A stretch of DNA of 64,000 nucleotides from an uncultured Alphaproteobacteria bacterium (GTDB lineage: Bacteria; Pseudomonadota; Alphaproteobacteria; Rhizobiales; Xanthobacteraceae), in the NCBI GenBank assembly GCA_963769365.1, contig CAVYLU010000025.1, positions 19,970 through 83,969 of the forward strand, read 5' to 3'. Below the pieces are notes generated by a model. That model had not been told where the DNA came from and ran no database searches. It was given only the letters and a program-made list of their open reading frames with translations. Position 1 is the first letter of the stretch. Each line of letters begins with the position of its first letter. Below are positions 49,953 through 60,010 of this stretch, piece by piece. A program made the position numbers and the translations under genes.

Positions 49953-51839
49953 CTAGAGGGATGGCGCGCTGGCGGTGGCGGATGCCGGCGCCACTTGCTC
50001 AATCGCGGCGCGCGTCGTGTTACCGAGATGAGGCCGGCGTGGACGCACCACCGGCGACGTGGTCGGCGTTGCCTGCGCAGCTGACGACGGGTGCGTGGAT
50101 CGCGACTGAGAGTTTGTTGCTGCGGGCGTCGGGATGGCGGCTGGTTGCCGCAAACGATGATGGCTCTTGGCTGCGTTTTGCCGGGCAGTTGGGACAACGC
50201 CCGACACGCGCGCGGCTCGCCATTGCAGAAACTCGCGAAAGAGCGCTGAGTGAGTGACGTCATCCTCGGCCTTTTGAGTCTCGCCGAGGGCAGGTTCACG
50301 AGCGGCGATAACTTCTGATGTGACCGGTGGCGCGGTCTTGGGCTCTTCGGAGCCCGCGGCCCGCTCGTCGACAGCCGCACTGGATAATCTCAGCCCCGCA
50401 GGGCTAGCGGCGCTGATCTCCGATGGATTTTCGCTCGACGTGTTTTGACCGGACGCCGTCGATCCGGGGCTAGCCTCGGCGGTGCCGAGCGGCGTCGCGG
50501 CATCGATTGCGCCGCTCCGCACTTCAGCCTGCGGCGCGGCGGGATCCGGCGTCACCTCGTCGACGACCGACACTGATGCGGTCGCAACCGAGATTGATTT
50601 TTTCGATGGCCATACCAATCCGCCAATCACCGCGGCGGCCACCGCGAGACTTGCGATAGCAGCTGCTGGCCGCCATGATATTTCACTCCAAGTGCTTCTT
50701 CGCCTCTCAAACTGAGGATTCGCTACGCTATGCCCGGCTCGGCTGCGAACGGTAGACAGTTGGGTCATGTTCTCACTCCTGTTGATAGGGAGGACGAAGC
50801 GTGTGAATTGTTTCAAGGTGACCAATACTGCCACCGTGACGAAAGCGGCGAGGCCAAGGCCACCACCGATGCCGGGCAAGAATATCCTGGCCTGAATGAT
50901 CAGGCTTGCAAGAACGACCGCCCCTAACACCGTCTCGATCCATCCTTTCAGCCGCTCACGCGACGACATTCCCAAGAAACATCCCGCATAATAGGCGTCC
51001 AACAGCCGCGCGTCGGTCGGGCTAATCCGATGAACTACAATCAAACCTAGCAATGCAATCGCGGAAGCAACAAACGTCTTGTCGGCCAAGTCGGCGGCCG
51101 CAACGCGCTCTCGCCGCAGCACCAGCAAACTCACCATCGTTCCTGTGAGGCAGGCAGCAATAATAGGGGCGAGCGAGCCAAGATTAACGTCGGTCAGATC
51201 CGCACGTGCGGCATGAAAGAGTCTGTCGTCCGCGCCACATAAAATGGCCAACTGGACGAAGAACACGCAAGCGACCGTCGCTATGGCCCCTGATCTTCCG
51301 CCGTAGCCATTGGCAAACCGGCGGTCAGAGTAGGCGTCGAAGACTGCAACAGCGCTAAACGCGAGGCCGCAAACGATCGATAGTGAGATGAACAACGCCC
51401 CGGCCAACACAATCGGATGATCTGATCCAATGCCGCTCAGCCAAAGGACCGACGTCATGCCCCCAAAGGCGCCGCCATAGACGGCCGGGACGAATTCGCG
51501 CGTCAACAGGATTGTTGACCGCGCGACCAGGAGCTGTCCTCCTAACAGCGTCGTCACCAACGCAGACGCAATCTCTGGGACAACCCCGAAAGCACTGAGA
51601 TGAAGCGTTGCCAAGCAACCGAGAAAGGCGCCGGCAAAAGCGGCAGGCGCGGCCCTTTTTGAAGCGGCGCTCATGCAGGGATCGACTGCGGGAACCGCCA
51701 GCTCCAGTCGTGCCCCCTCAGAGGAAACCACCGGTAGACCACGCAAAGCGCTTGATCCAACCGGGCTGAGCCAATTGCCGATCAAGATCGGGAGCTGAAC
51801 TTTCTCGGTAACGCCTGCTCCGTTCGTACTCATATACAA
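49953..51839 (-). CDS. polytopic membrane protein of unknown family, paralog B (628 aa)
   Basis: Collinear with paralog A: AAFAGAFLGCLAT, YGGAFGGMTS, GYGGRSGAIA, YAGCFLGMSS, LPGIGGGLGLAAF, an extra TM, a disordered tail and LFREFLQWRAA. The start is uncertain (51839 or an internal Met near 51674). Confidence 0.7.
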   Translation of the reverse strand: MYMSTNGAGVTEKVQLPILIGNWLSPVGSSALRGLPVVSSEGARLELAVPAVDPCMSAASKRAAPAAFAGAFLGCLATLHLSAFGVVPEIASALVTTLLGGQLLVARSTILLTREFVPAVYGGAFGGMTSVLWLSGIGSDHPIVLAGALFISLSIVCGLAFSAVAVFDAYSDRRFANGYGGRSGAIATVACVFFVQLAILCGADDRLFHAARADLTDVNLGSLAPIIAACLTGTMVSLLVLRRERVAAADLADKTFVASAIALLGLIVVHRISPTDARLLDAYYAGCFLGMSSRERLKGWIETVLGAVVLASLIIQARIFLPGIGGGLGLAAFVTVAVLVTLKQFTRFVLPINRSENMTQLSTVRSRAGHSVANPQFERRRSTWSEISWRPAAAIASLAVAAAVIGGLVWPSKKSISVATASVSVVDEVTPDPAAPQAEVRSGAIDAATPLGTAEASPGSTASGQNTSSENPSEISAASPAGLRLSSAAVDERAAGSEEPKTAPPVTSEVIAAREPALGETQKAEDDVTHSALFREFLQWRAARVSGVVPTARQNAAKSHHRLRQPAAIPTPAATNSQSRSTHPSSAAQATPTTSPVVRPRRPHLGNTTRAAIEQVAPASATASAPSL

Positions 51840-52249
51840 ATAGCCTTAAACGCGTCACAACAATCACACCAACGTCAAAATCGTGGCGGCGACAACGATG
51901 TCGTACAGGCCCAAACCGATCAAAAGTCGGCTCCCATTTGCGCGCGCTTGCGCGCCGATATGGCTATTCCTCTAGGCGAGTCGCGCGCAACCTTCCATGA
52001 AAACACGTCGCCATCAATCCACACCCGAAGGAAAACCTGTACGAAAAATTGCAATGCGCCATAACCGCAACACCGCCTCAGTCCCAAAGCCCGTAGCGAT
52101 CGCATCTGGATGCATCACCGGCGCCTTCGCATACAAAGCGCCCAATCAAGCGGCGAACGCGAGCTTTGGCGCATCCGCGGTTCCCTCTTCGACGCGATAC
52201 GAACATGCCTTCGGTGGACCCTTGCCGGCTCTGGCCAGGAGGACATCGC

Positions 52250-53080
52250 CTAGATGTTGACAAAATGCCATGACCAATAACAAAGATTGTGCTTCTCTAA
52301 TCCAGAATGCATCATTCTCATTTTCAAATGCCACGCGCTGGCGGCAGAAAGCAGCCATGGCACGGCATATGCCGACCGCGTAGTCGCATTTTGCAGGCCG
52401 TTAGCCGGCATCGAGTTGGCGGCTGCAGCGTCGGCAGTGTCCTCTGGGCGCGTGTTGAATGCGATTGTCGCGCCAGGTGCTGCCTTATGGACGGCGTTGA
52501 CCACCATCTCGAACAGGGCCAGGCTTTTTGGCGGAATCGTGAGGCCGCCGCCGATCACCACGCAGTCATAGGCGACCCCCTTCAGTGCTTTTTCCAGCAT
52601 TGCGCGCCCGGCGTCATCGGGTGTGATCATGCAAGTGTCGCCTTGCCAACCGCGTTCTCCGATCTTCGCAATGGCGACGGCAATGCTTGCGCATATCTTT
52701 ACGGGCACTTTGGGCTCGTACGCCTGAGCAGGCTTGGGCACGACGTGCCGTGGGTGAAGGCGTGAGGTCTTGCCCGAGAGCCGGATGCGGGGAATCTGCA
52801 CGTCCGGTTCGTATGCGTGGGGGCTGGGCTTGAGCAGAGTTGTAATCGCGGCGGCGCTTTCGCCAGCCGCCCCCATCGATCGTAGCAGCCCGTCTTTAGG
52901 TGTCCACGGAGGCCCCAGAGCGCTCATTTTCTTCACCTTTAGCTTCCCCTTTTCCGCTGAACATTTTCTTGCTTTCTTCAGCTTTTTGCTTTTTTTCAGC
53001 GCGTCCGCCTGACTGCGATAAGCTTGGGCCAGGTTCGATAGACTGTGCGAGGCTTCTTCGTCAGGTGTGGCAAGCGCCAT
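52250..53080 (-). CDS. hypothetical, possibly chimeric ORF (276 aa)
   Basis: Lys-rich helical N-terminus, a PPWTPKDGLL Myb-like motif, then a domain YDCVVIGGGL..LFEMVVNAVHKAAPGATIAFNTRPEDTADAA. The C-terminal 40 aa look non-coding. Confidence 0.35.
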   Translation of the reverse strand: MALATPDEEASHSLSNLAQAYRSQADALKKSKKLKKARKCSAEKGKLKVKKMSALGPPWTPKDGLLRSMGAAGESAAAITTLLKPSPHAYEPDVQIPRIRLSGKTSRLHPRHVVPKPAQAYEPKVPVKICASIAVAIAKIGERGWQGDTCMITPDDAGRAMLEKALKGVAYDCVVIGGGLTIPPKSLALFEMVVNAVHKAAPGATIAFNTRPEDTADAAAANSMPANGLQNATTRSAYAVPWLLSAASAWHLKMRMMHSGLEKHNLCYWSWHFVNI

Positions 53081-53473
53081 TCGGCTCCTGGCTGCCTACT
53101 AAACAATCTTGCATAAGTTTTCGTTCGCGCTTCAATCAACAAGCATGGTCCTTGAGGAGCCACCGGGCGTAACACCGCTCGCCGTTCTTCATCCACAGGT
53201 TGTCCCTGTCGGCGGTACCGGCAGGGGTTTGCATTTGGGGTGGAGATTCTCATTTTGCGGAAGAGACTCTTTTTCCGCGAGGGCGAACCCGCCAAAGATG
53301 GATGGCCCCCGGGCGGCGTCGAAAGCATGTCCCGCTTGGGTCGAGAAACGATCTTTAAGACCGACCGCTCTTGGCGCAAAGCGGCCATCCGCCGAAATAG
53401 CGACGTCGCCTAAGTGGTGCCAATTGCGGACATCTCGAAAGCTCGCAGGAAATTAATTAGGAGGGTTCTTTCC

Positions 53474-53842
53474 ATGATTGAAGGGATCAGCGCGGTCACA
53501 CTGGGCACCCACGAAATGCCGCGAGCTGTCCGGTTCTACCGCTCGCTAGGGTTTGAGGTCCTGCATGGCGGCGATGAGTCGTCATTCACCAGCTTTCGAG
53601 CAGGGACGAGCTATCTCAATCTCATCGCCCAGCCTGCCGGGCGGCGCTGGTGTTGGTGGGGCCGGGTAATCTTATACGTTGCCGATGTTGACGCACTTTA
53701 CGACCGTGCACTCGCAGCGGGATACCAACCAGCTACCGCGCCCCGCGACGCCGAATGGGGTGAGCGCTTCTTCCATCTGACTGACCCCGACGGTCACGAA
53801 CTCAGCTTCGCTCGGCCTTTGCTCCCGGTTTCTGTCCAATAA
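53474..53842 (+). CDS. VOC family protein (glyoxalase/bleomycin-resistance fold)
   Basis: ATG at 53474 follows AGGAGGG. ISAVTLGTHEMPRAVRFYRSLGFEV...FHLTDPDGHELSF. Confidence 0.8.
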   Translation: MIEGISAVTLGTHEMPRAVRFYRSLGFEVLHGGDESSFTSFRAGTSYLNLIAQPAGRRWCWWGRVILYVADVDALYDRALAAGYQPATAPRDAEWGERFFHLTDPDGHELSFARPLLPVSVQ

Positions 53843-53924
53843 CAGCTCGAAGCGGCTTGCCGTTTCAAGAGGCGCTGGGAGAGCGTATGGTGCTCCGATT
53901 ATCCGCTGAACCTGGGAGGCAATC

Positions 53925-54678
53925 ATGCAGTTCAGGACAATCGGGCTACTGTTGCTCGGCGCGATGGCGCTGCCTGCCGCCGGGACCGCGCAGACCACCC
54001 CCGCTCCACCGGCAATTACACGAACAGTGATCGCCGCAACCAAACTGTCGACCGTCACAGAGGTGCCGCTCCATTTCAAAGCGGTGAGCATCACTCTTCA
54101 GCTGGACACGAAGAGCGGCGTCTCGGCGGCCAACGGCATCCTCTACCAGATGTCCGGATCGACCGAGGTCGCGCTCGATGGCGAGGCTAAAACGCTCAAC
54201 GCCGGCGAGGGGCTGTTTATCGCCGGCGGAAAGACCGCGACGCTAACGGCGGGCAGGGGAGGGCCGTCAATTCTTCTCCACTTCTTCCTTGTCCCCGCTG
54301 TCGACGTGGGTCGGCCTGTTGAGGCGGCACCTGCCGCCGTCACAGAATTATATCGCACAGCGAATCCGATCCCCGACCTGAAGCCAGGCGGTTATGATCT
54401 CAATCTCACACGAGTTCATATTTCCGGCGCAGATGCCCTCCAACCCGCCACACCATCGGTCAGGAGCGGCTCTGTACTATATTATTTCCGGCACCGGAGC
54501 GAATACGGTCGACGGTAAGACGGAAGCACGAGGACCAGGTTCCCTGATTTATGAACCGTACGCCCTCGTGCACCAATGGGGAAACCCAGGCAACGAGCCG
54601 TTGATATTCCTGGCTTTCAACATCAATCCGGAAGGAGTGGCAGCCGTGCTTCCGGGCGCACCAGCAAAGAATCAATAG
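53925..54678 (+). pseudogene. secreted bicupin-like protein split by a frameshift near 54414-54422
   Basis: ORF 53925..54518 (signal peptide plus first cupin) and ORF 54394..54678 (FPAQMPSNPPHHRSGAALYYIISG...LVHQWGNPG) overlap. Reading ..YDLNLTRV then switching frame restores a second cupin. Confidence 0.6.
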
Positions 54679-54772
54679 CTAACCGCAAGCGGCCACCGCA
54701 TCCGGAGCACCGTTCGAATCCACCTGAATTGGCGCATTTAAATCATGGTGGCAACGACCGATCGCAGTCACC

Positions 54773-55585
54773 GTGTTCTGCGGAACCGGCTTTCTCGGCC
54801 GGCGCATCGTTCGGCATCTGCGCTCTCACGGATTTCCTGTTCGGACCGCGTCAAGGCACCCGGATCGGGGGCACAGACTGTTTGGCCCTGATAATCCGCA
54901 GCTTCAATCCGTAGGAGCCAACATTCACGACGAACGGTCAGTCGCGGATGCGCTTGCCGGCGCCTACGGCGTTGTAAATGCGGTTACCCTTTACGTCGAG
55001 TACGGACAGGAGACTTTTCATTCTGTTCACGTCGAATTTGCCCAACGGGTAGCGGCTCAAGCACTCCGTGCCGGTGTCGATCGGCTCATTCACATTTCAG
55101 GAATCGACGCCGATACGGCCTCACAATCACGGTACATCCGAAAGCGCGGCGAAGGCGAACTGGCGGTCCAGGCCGCCTTCGGCGATGCTCTTTTCGTCCG
55201 CCCGGCAGTGATGTTCGGACCGGACGATGCGTTTCTCACTACCATCCTCAGGCTCCTGCGCCAGCTTCCGATCTATCCGATGTTCGGCCGCGGCCTGACC
55301 AGATTGCAGCCGGCCTATGTGGAGGATGTTGTGGAGGCGATTGGCCGGACCATGCAGCGAGCGGTGACGCCTTCAACGATCTTCGAGTTCGGTGGCCCGC
55401 GCGTCTACTCTTACGAGGAGTTTCTTGGGGCCGTTGCGCACCAGGCTGGACTTGCGCCCCGACTGATTCCAATCCCGTTTGCTGTTTGGCATGCGGATGA
55501 TCTCGTGATCCTGTGCAGAAAGGGCAAAGCCGATGAGGCATTGCATCGACCGCGCGAGATCATTGGCAAGATGAAGCGCACGTAG
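54773..55585 (+). CDS. NDUFA9/NmrA-like NAD(P)-binding SDR, probably truncated at both ends
   Basis: CGTGFLGRRIV Rossmann motif starts at residue 3 of the GTG ORF. In-frame upstream codons (..RPIAVTV) lack a start, and the C-terminus diverges after PFAVWHA. Confidence 0.6.
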   Translation: MFCGTGFLGRRIVRHLRSHGFPVRTASRHPDRGHRLFGPDNPQLQSVGANIHDERSVADALAGAYGVVNAVTLYVEYGQETFHSVHVEFAQRVAAQALRAGVDRLIHISGIDADTASQSRYIRKRGEGELAVQAAFGDALFVRPAVMFGPDDAFLTTILRLLRQLPIYPMFGRGLTRLQPAYVEDVVEAIGRTMQRAVTPSTIFEFGGPRVYSYEEFLGAVAHQAGLAPRLIPIPFAVWHADDLVILCRKGKADEALHRPREIIGKMKRT

Positions 55586-55772
55586 CGGCATGTGCATGAT
55601 GTGTGCACCGAGAGGTCAAAGAAAATCAAAAGACAAGCGAAGGGCGGAATTGAACGCGCCTCAGCGCTCTCAACGGCGGACTTACATATCGAGAGCTGTG
55701 ATCAAGTTCAGCGGGTCGGAAAGTGGGCGATGCCAACTTTGCTAGCTTCCAATTGGTTAATCGCCCGCAAGC

Positions 55773-56216
55773 TCACAGCCACCCCACGCGCCGGAATCGC
55801 CAATATAGCGCCGCGCACGCAATCAAGATCGCGCTCATTACAGCGAAATAGCCGTATTCCCATTGCAGTTCGGGCATGTTCTTGAAGTTCATCCCGTAGA
55901 TGCCGGCAATCGCAGTCGGGACCGCGATGATGGCAAGCCATGAGGCGAGTTTTTTCGAGACCGCGGTCTCCTGTGCCTGGCCGACCAGCAGGCTCGCCTC
56001 AAAGGCAAAGGCAAGAACCTCCCGAAGCGAGTCGATCTGCTCCTGAACCGTCCGGACATGGTCTGTGGCATCGCGGAAGAGCGGCTGCATCGTGGACCGC
56101 ACCATTGGCAGCTTGTCATGCTCGAGCCTGCGGCAGACCTCCACCAAGGGTCCCACGGCGTTTCGCAGGCGCAGCAGGTCGCGCCGCAGCAGATAGAGCC
56201 GCTCGATCTGCGCCGC
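55773..56216 (-). pseudogene. CorA-family Mg2+/Co2+ transporter, C-terminal fragment
   Basis: ..QIERLYLLRRDLLRLRNAVGPLVEV...AIAGIYGMNFKNMPEL.. (GMN motif, 2 TM). About 180 N-terminal residues are missing. Confidence 0.75.
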
Positions 56217-56249
56217 GTCATCGCGCTTGCGAGCACTTGCGCTTCCGCT

Positions 56250-56651
56250 AACGAATGGGTTCCCGTCATTGATAAATTGAAGACTGACTGCCCAAACAGA
56301 CGCGAAGCGTATCTGTTATTCTCCGGTCTTCGTGCTGAGAACAATCTTCCCGGCATAGGGCCAGCCTATTTTACAAAACTGATCTTCTTTGTTCGCCCGA
56401 CTCTGGGCGGATACATTATGGATCAATGGACAGCGCGATCAATCAATCTGCTCTATGGCAAAACAATCCAACTTACCCAAGGCCCAAGTGTCGCTGAGAA
56501 CGATCCTGAAATTTACGAGGATTTCTGCCGCAAAATCGAAGACGTTGGGGAGCGATTGCGGTGTTCTCCCGATGAAGCGGAGAGAGCGCTTTTCAGTTCC
56601 GGCGGAAGACGTCCGGGATATTGGCGTAGTTACGTCAGATGCCATGGATAG
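56250..56651 (+). pseudogene. C-terminal fragment of an OGG-fold/HhH-like protein (tentative)
   Basis: ..NLPGIGPAYFTKLIFFVRP..GYIMDQWTARSINLL... resembles the family annotated as 8-oxoguanine DNA glycosylase OGG fold protein. The upstream part of ORF 56058.. is antisense to the CorA fragment. Confidence 0.4.
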
Positions 56652-56667
56652 GCGTCGTTTGCGACTG

Positions 56668-56695
56668 TCACCCATGTCTCAGTCGGGTCAAAAGG
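56668..56695. repeat. tcacccatgtct-type repeat, short copy 3
   Basis: tcacccatgtctcagtcgggtcaaaagg keeps both ends of the 54-bp copy 2 with the middle missing. It lies 17 nt after the stop at 56651. Confidence 0.45.
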
Positions 56696-57525
56696 CGAAA
56701 TACTCGCTGCGAGCAGATGTTTTCCGCTGTTCACCCAACAACGGACATCGCTCAATAGGGTCGGCATGTCCGTTCGGTGCCACTCGCGTCTTTTGGCGTT
56801 GCAGAAAACAAAGCGATCACAAGGTGCAGAGTGCCGCGGTGCCGGTCGTCGTGGTGAAACTGCGACACCTTATCGGTCTGCGAGCATGCAACCTTTTTAC
56901 CTTGTCCCTTGGGAATGAGCCGATCGGATGCTTCCCAGGTGCGAACAGCCGAGCAACGCATCAACATCTAACCCGACCGCCGCAATAACGCATGCTTGGA
57001 CCGGCAGACGCCGCCCAGCTCCTCCGGTAGCGAGCGCCTAAACGGCGTAGACTCACAAAGGCGGCATCACAACTGATTTGGTCGGATTGCCAACATTCCG
57101 GCTCTTTTGCTGCCGATGCGAGCGATGGCTCGTTCTTGAGCCGCTTCACCGTCGGCCCACTTGCTGGATCGGCCCGACCCCAATCACACACCTCACCCGC
57201 CGCTCAAATCCCCATAGCGCTTGCGGCACCGCTCTACGTCCCTTAAGCGCGGTTACCTTCCTTGGAGGCTTTCGGACGCCGGCCGCCGAACGCGCCGCGA
57301 GGTCCTTCAAGCGGCCGGCATCCGAAACCCTTCACAGAAGCGGACTTTGGCGACCGCAATTCAGCGGATGTTCAGCTGTCCGAATTCGGCATCATTCAGC
57401 AGATGAGCGACAGTCAGACTATTTCCTCGGGTTGCCGCAATTTGATAACATGCCGTCAGCACTCCGAACGACAGGAGATCGAGAGGGGCTTGCCTTCACC
57501 TTTGCTCCGACATGGGAGAGAATCC

Positions 57526-59028
57526 GTGAGTAACAGTCCCCTTGATCTGAAAACAACTCAACACGTGAGCAATCGCGTCGGACGCCGCGATGTGCTGAGC
57601 GGCAGTTCATTGCTCGCTGCTTCGGTACTGATGGGCGGACCATTTGTGCCTGCAACCAGCGAGCCGGCCAATGCTCAGGCGGCGGCTGCAACGTCTAGCG
57701 CTGTCCCTGCGGATTTGATCGGCGACATCGCGACCAGTGCCTATATCTACGCCTATCCGCTCATTTTCATGGAAATGACGCGCCGGATCGGCACCAATGT
57801 CGCCAACATCAGGACGTTCGCCAGGGCGCCGATGAACCAGTTTGCAAATGTGCCAGCATTTCCTGACGCCACTTTCACGGATGTAACGCGGCCGAACGTC
57901 GACACGCTCTATTCGCTAATGTGGTTCGACGTATCGCAGGAGCCGCTGCTGATCAGCGTGCCGGATTCGGGCGGCCGCTTCTATCTGCTCCAGATGTGCG
58001 ACATGTGGACTGACGTGTTCGACAGCCCGGGCAAGCGAACGACCGGGACCAGCGGGCAGGTGCTGGCGATCGCCGGGCCAGGCTGGCAAGGCCAGCTTCC
58101 TGCGGAAGCTACGCTCATTCATAGCCCCACGGCGATCGGCTGGATCATCGGACGTACCCAGACCAACGGCAAGGCCGACTACGACGCGGTGCATAAATTC
58201 CAGGCCGGACTGATCGCCACGCCGCTCAGCCAATGGGGCAAGCCGTACCAGCCACCGGCCGGCAGCATCAATCCCGATTGGGACATGGCCACACCGCCCA
58301 TCGCGCAGGTGGAAAAGCTTAGTCCAGCTGCATATTTCTCGCTCTTCGCAGAACTCACCGCGCTCAACCCGCCGCATGCGAACGATTACCCGATCCTCCA
58401 CCAGATGCGGCGCATCGGGATCGAGCCGGGCAAGCCCTTCGCGTTCGATAGGGTATCACCGGAGATTCAGCGCGCTCTGACCGAAGCTGGGCCTGCCGCG
58501 CTGAACACCATCAAGGCAAGGCTTGCGAAAGCAGGCGTCGCCAAGACAGGATGGCGTACCAATCTCACCGCAATTGGCACTTACGGCGCGGATTATTTGA
58601 ACCGGGCGGGGATCGCTTATGCCGGTATCGGTGCCAACACGATCGAAGACGCCGTCTATCCGACGGCGTTCACCGATGCTGAGGGCAAGCCGTTCAGCAG
58701 CGACAGCCGTTACGTCCTGCATTTCAACAAGGACCAGATACCGCCGGTACGCGCCTTCTGGTCGCTCACGATGTACAACGAAAAGCAGCTCCTCGCGGCC
58801 AATCCGATCGACCGCTTTGCCATTGGCGATCGCGACAAGCTCGCATTCAATCCCGACGGCTCGCTCGATCTCTACATTCAACGCGAGTCGCCCGGCAGGG
58901 ACAAAGAGTCGAATTGGCTGCCGGCCCCGGCGAGTGGTTCCTTCACGATGAACATGCGACTCTATTGGCCGAAGCCTGAGGTGCTCGACGGCACCTGGTC
59001 ACCTCCGGGGGTGACGCAGGTGAAATGA
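57526..59028 (+). CDS. DUF1254/DUF1214 domain protein with a Tat-like signal
   Basis: GTG at 57526 lies 5 nt after GGGAGAG. RRDVLSGSSLLAAS; YIYAYPLIFMEMTRR, FYLLQMCDMWTDVF, WLPAP..GSFTMNMRLYWPK. Confidence 0.8.
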   Translation: MSNSPLDLKTTQHVSNRVGRRDVLSGSSLLAASVLMGGPFVPATSEPANAQAAAATSSAVPADLIGDIATSAYIYAYPLIFMEMTRRIGTNVANIRTFARAPMNQFANVPAFPDATFTDVTRPNVDTLYSLMWFDVSQEPLLISVPDSGGRFYLLQMCDMWTDVFDSPGKRTTGTSGQVLAIAGPGWQGQLPAEATLIHSPTAIGWIIGRTQTNGKADYDAVHKFQAGLIATPLSQWGKPYQPPAGSINPDWDMATPPIAQVEKLSPAAYFSLFAELTALNPPHANDYPILHQMRRIGIEPGKPFAFDRVSPEIQRALTEAGPAALNTIKARLAKAGVAKTGWRTNLTAIGTYGADYLNRAGIAYAGIGANTIEDAVYPTAFTDAEGKPFSSDSRYVLHFNKDQIPPVRAFWSLTMYNEKQLLAANPIDRFAIGDRDKLAFNPDGSLDLYIQRESPGRDKESNWLPAPASGSFTMNMRLYWPKPEVLDGTWSPPGVTQVK

Positions 59029-59668
59029 GGTTCTGTGCCGAGACCGACGACATGGCCGAGTTGGCGACTGGCGCCAATCCGAACGGCAGCGGATCACCAT
59101 CGCGGAGGTCAGCTAAGGGTCTTGGTTGCGTGATAACGCTCGTTTTCACGCAGCCAGGGTCAAAAACGGTCCTGACGCCATTGAAATGGGATGTCTGCGT
59201 TACCCCCGATAGCGACCAAACTGCGGACACCGCGCGGGAGGTCCGTTTCGTGCCTGAAGAACATTCTTCCCTCCTCCAACTAGCTGATCTGATAGGATAA
59301 CGGTCAGCATTCGGGCTCGCCAGGACGATACGTTTTGACCCCGGTCCCGCCTCTCGGCTTGGGGCGCATTGACGGGCCGTGTCCATGGTGTTCATCATAT
59401 CTGGCCGGCATCGCTACTTAGCCGCGCTAACCTGTTGGAGTGGCAGCCATGACGGAGAAATTCGTAAGGGGATTTGTCATAGTGGCTTTGGTTGTCATGG
59501 TGATGCTTGCCTACGCCCAGAAGCATGAGGGGTGCTTACGCGGGCGCTCGCTCGAAACCTTCAAGCCGTGCGGATCAGTTGGCGTTGATATTTAGCGCTA
59601 GCTCGATTTAGCGGCACTTCTAAGTTCGATCGAAGTGGCTCCTGTATTGACCACTTAATCGGAGAGTT

Positions 59669-60010
59669 TTGATGAGAACCTTCAAGCCGTTGGTGCTGTT
59701 AACACTTCTCGTTGCACAACCGGCCTCGACACAGGCTGCGGATTTAAACGGAGCTTGGACGATCGACGCCTCGGCCTGCGGTAAGGTGTTTACCAAGGAG
59801 AATAACCAGCTTGCGTTCAAGCAAGATGCTGATCTCTACGCGGGCGGTCTAATCGTCCGGGGAAAGCAAATAACCGGAACATTTCAAGAGTGCGCTGTCA
59901 AATCGTTGCATGATGACGGACCGACTTGCGTCTATCCTCTCCACCGGAATAGCCGTTGTCGCTTTGATTGGGTCTCTTCGTCGGGGGCAGATGATTTTCG
60001 CGTGAAATAA
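59669..60010 (+). CDS. small secreted protein, C-terminus possibly corrupted
   Basis: Signal MMRTFKPLVLLTLLVAQPASTQA followed by DLNGAWTIDASACGKVF... The last 30 aa are Arg/Cys-rich and overlap the convergent ORF 59932..60336. Confidence 0.4.
   Translation: MMRTFKPLVLLTLLVAQPASTQAADLNGAWTIDASACGKVFTKENNQLAFKQDADLYAGGLIVRGKQITGTFQECAVKSLHDDGPTCVYPLHRNSRCRFDWVSSSGADDFRVK

Noticed and set aside
54706-54725. tRNA T-arm-like string ccgttcgaatccacc
   Set aside because: The flanks cannot form a T-stem, acceptor stem or anticodon arm. There is no cloverleaf, so it is not a tRNA or an att remnant that I can support.
56058-56651. 197-aa plus-strand ORF treated as an intact gene
   Set aside because: Its first ~60 codons are antisense to the CorA fragment. 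Only residues from ~65 onward look like genuine, truncated protein.
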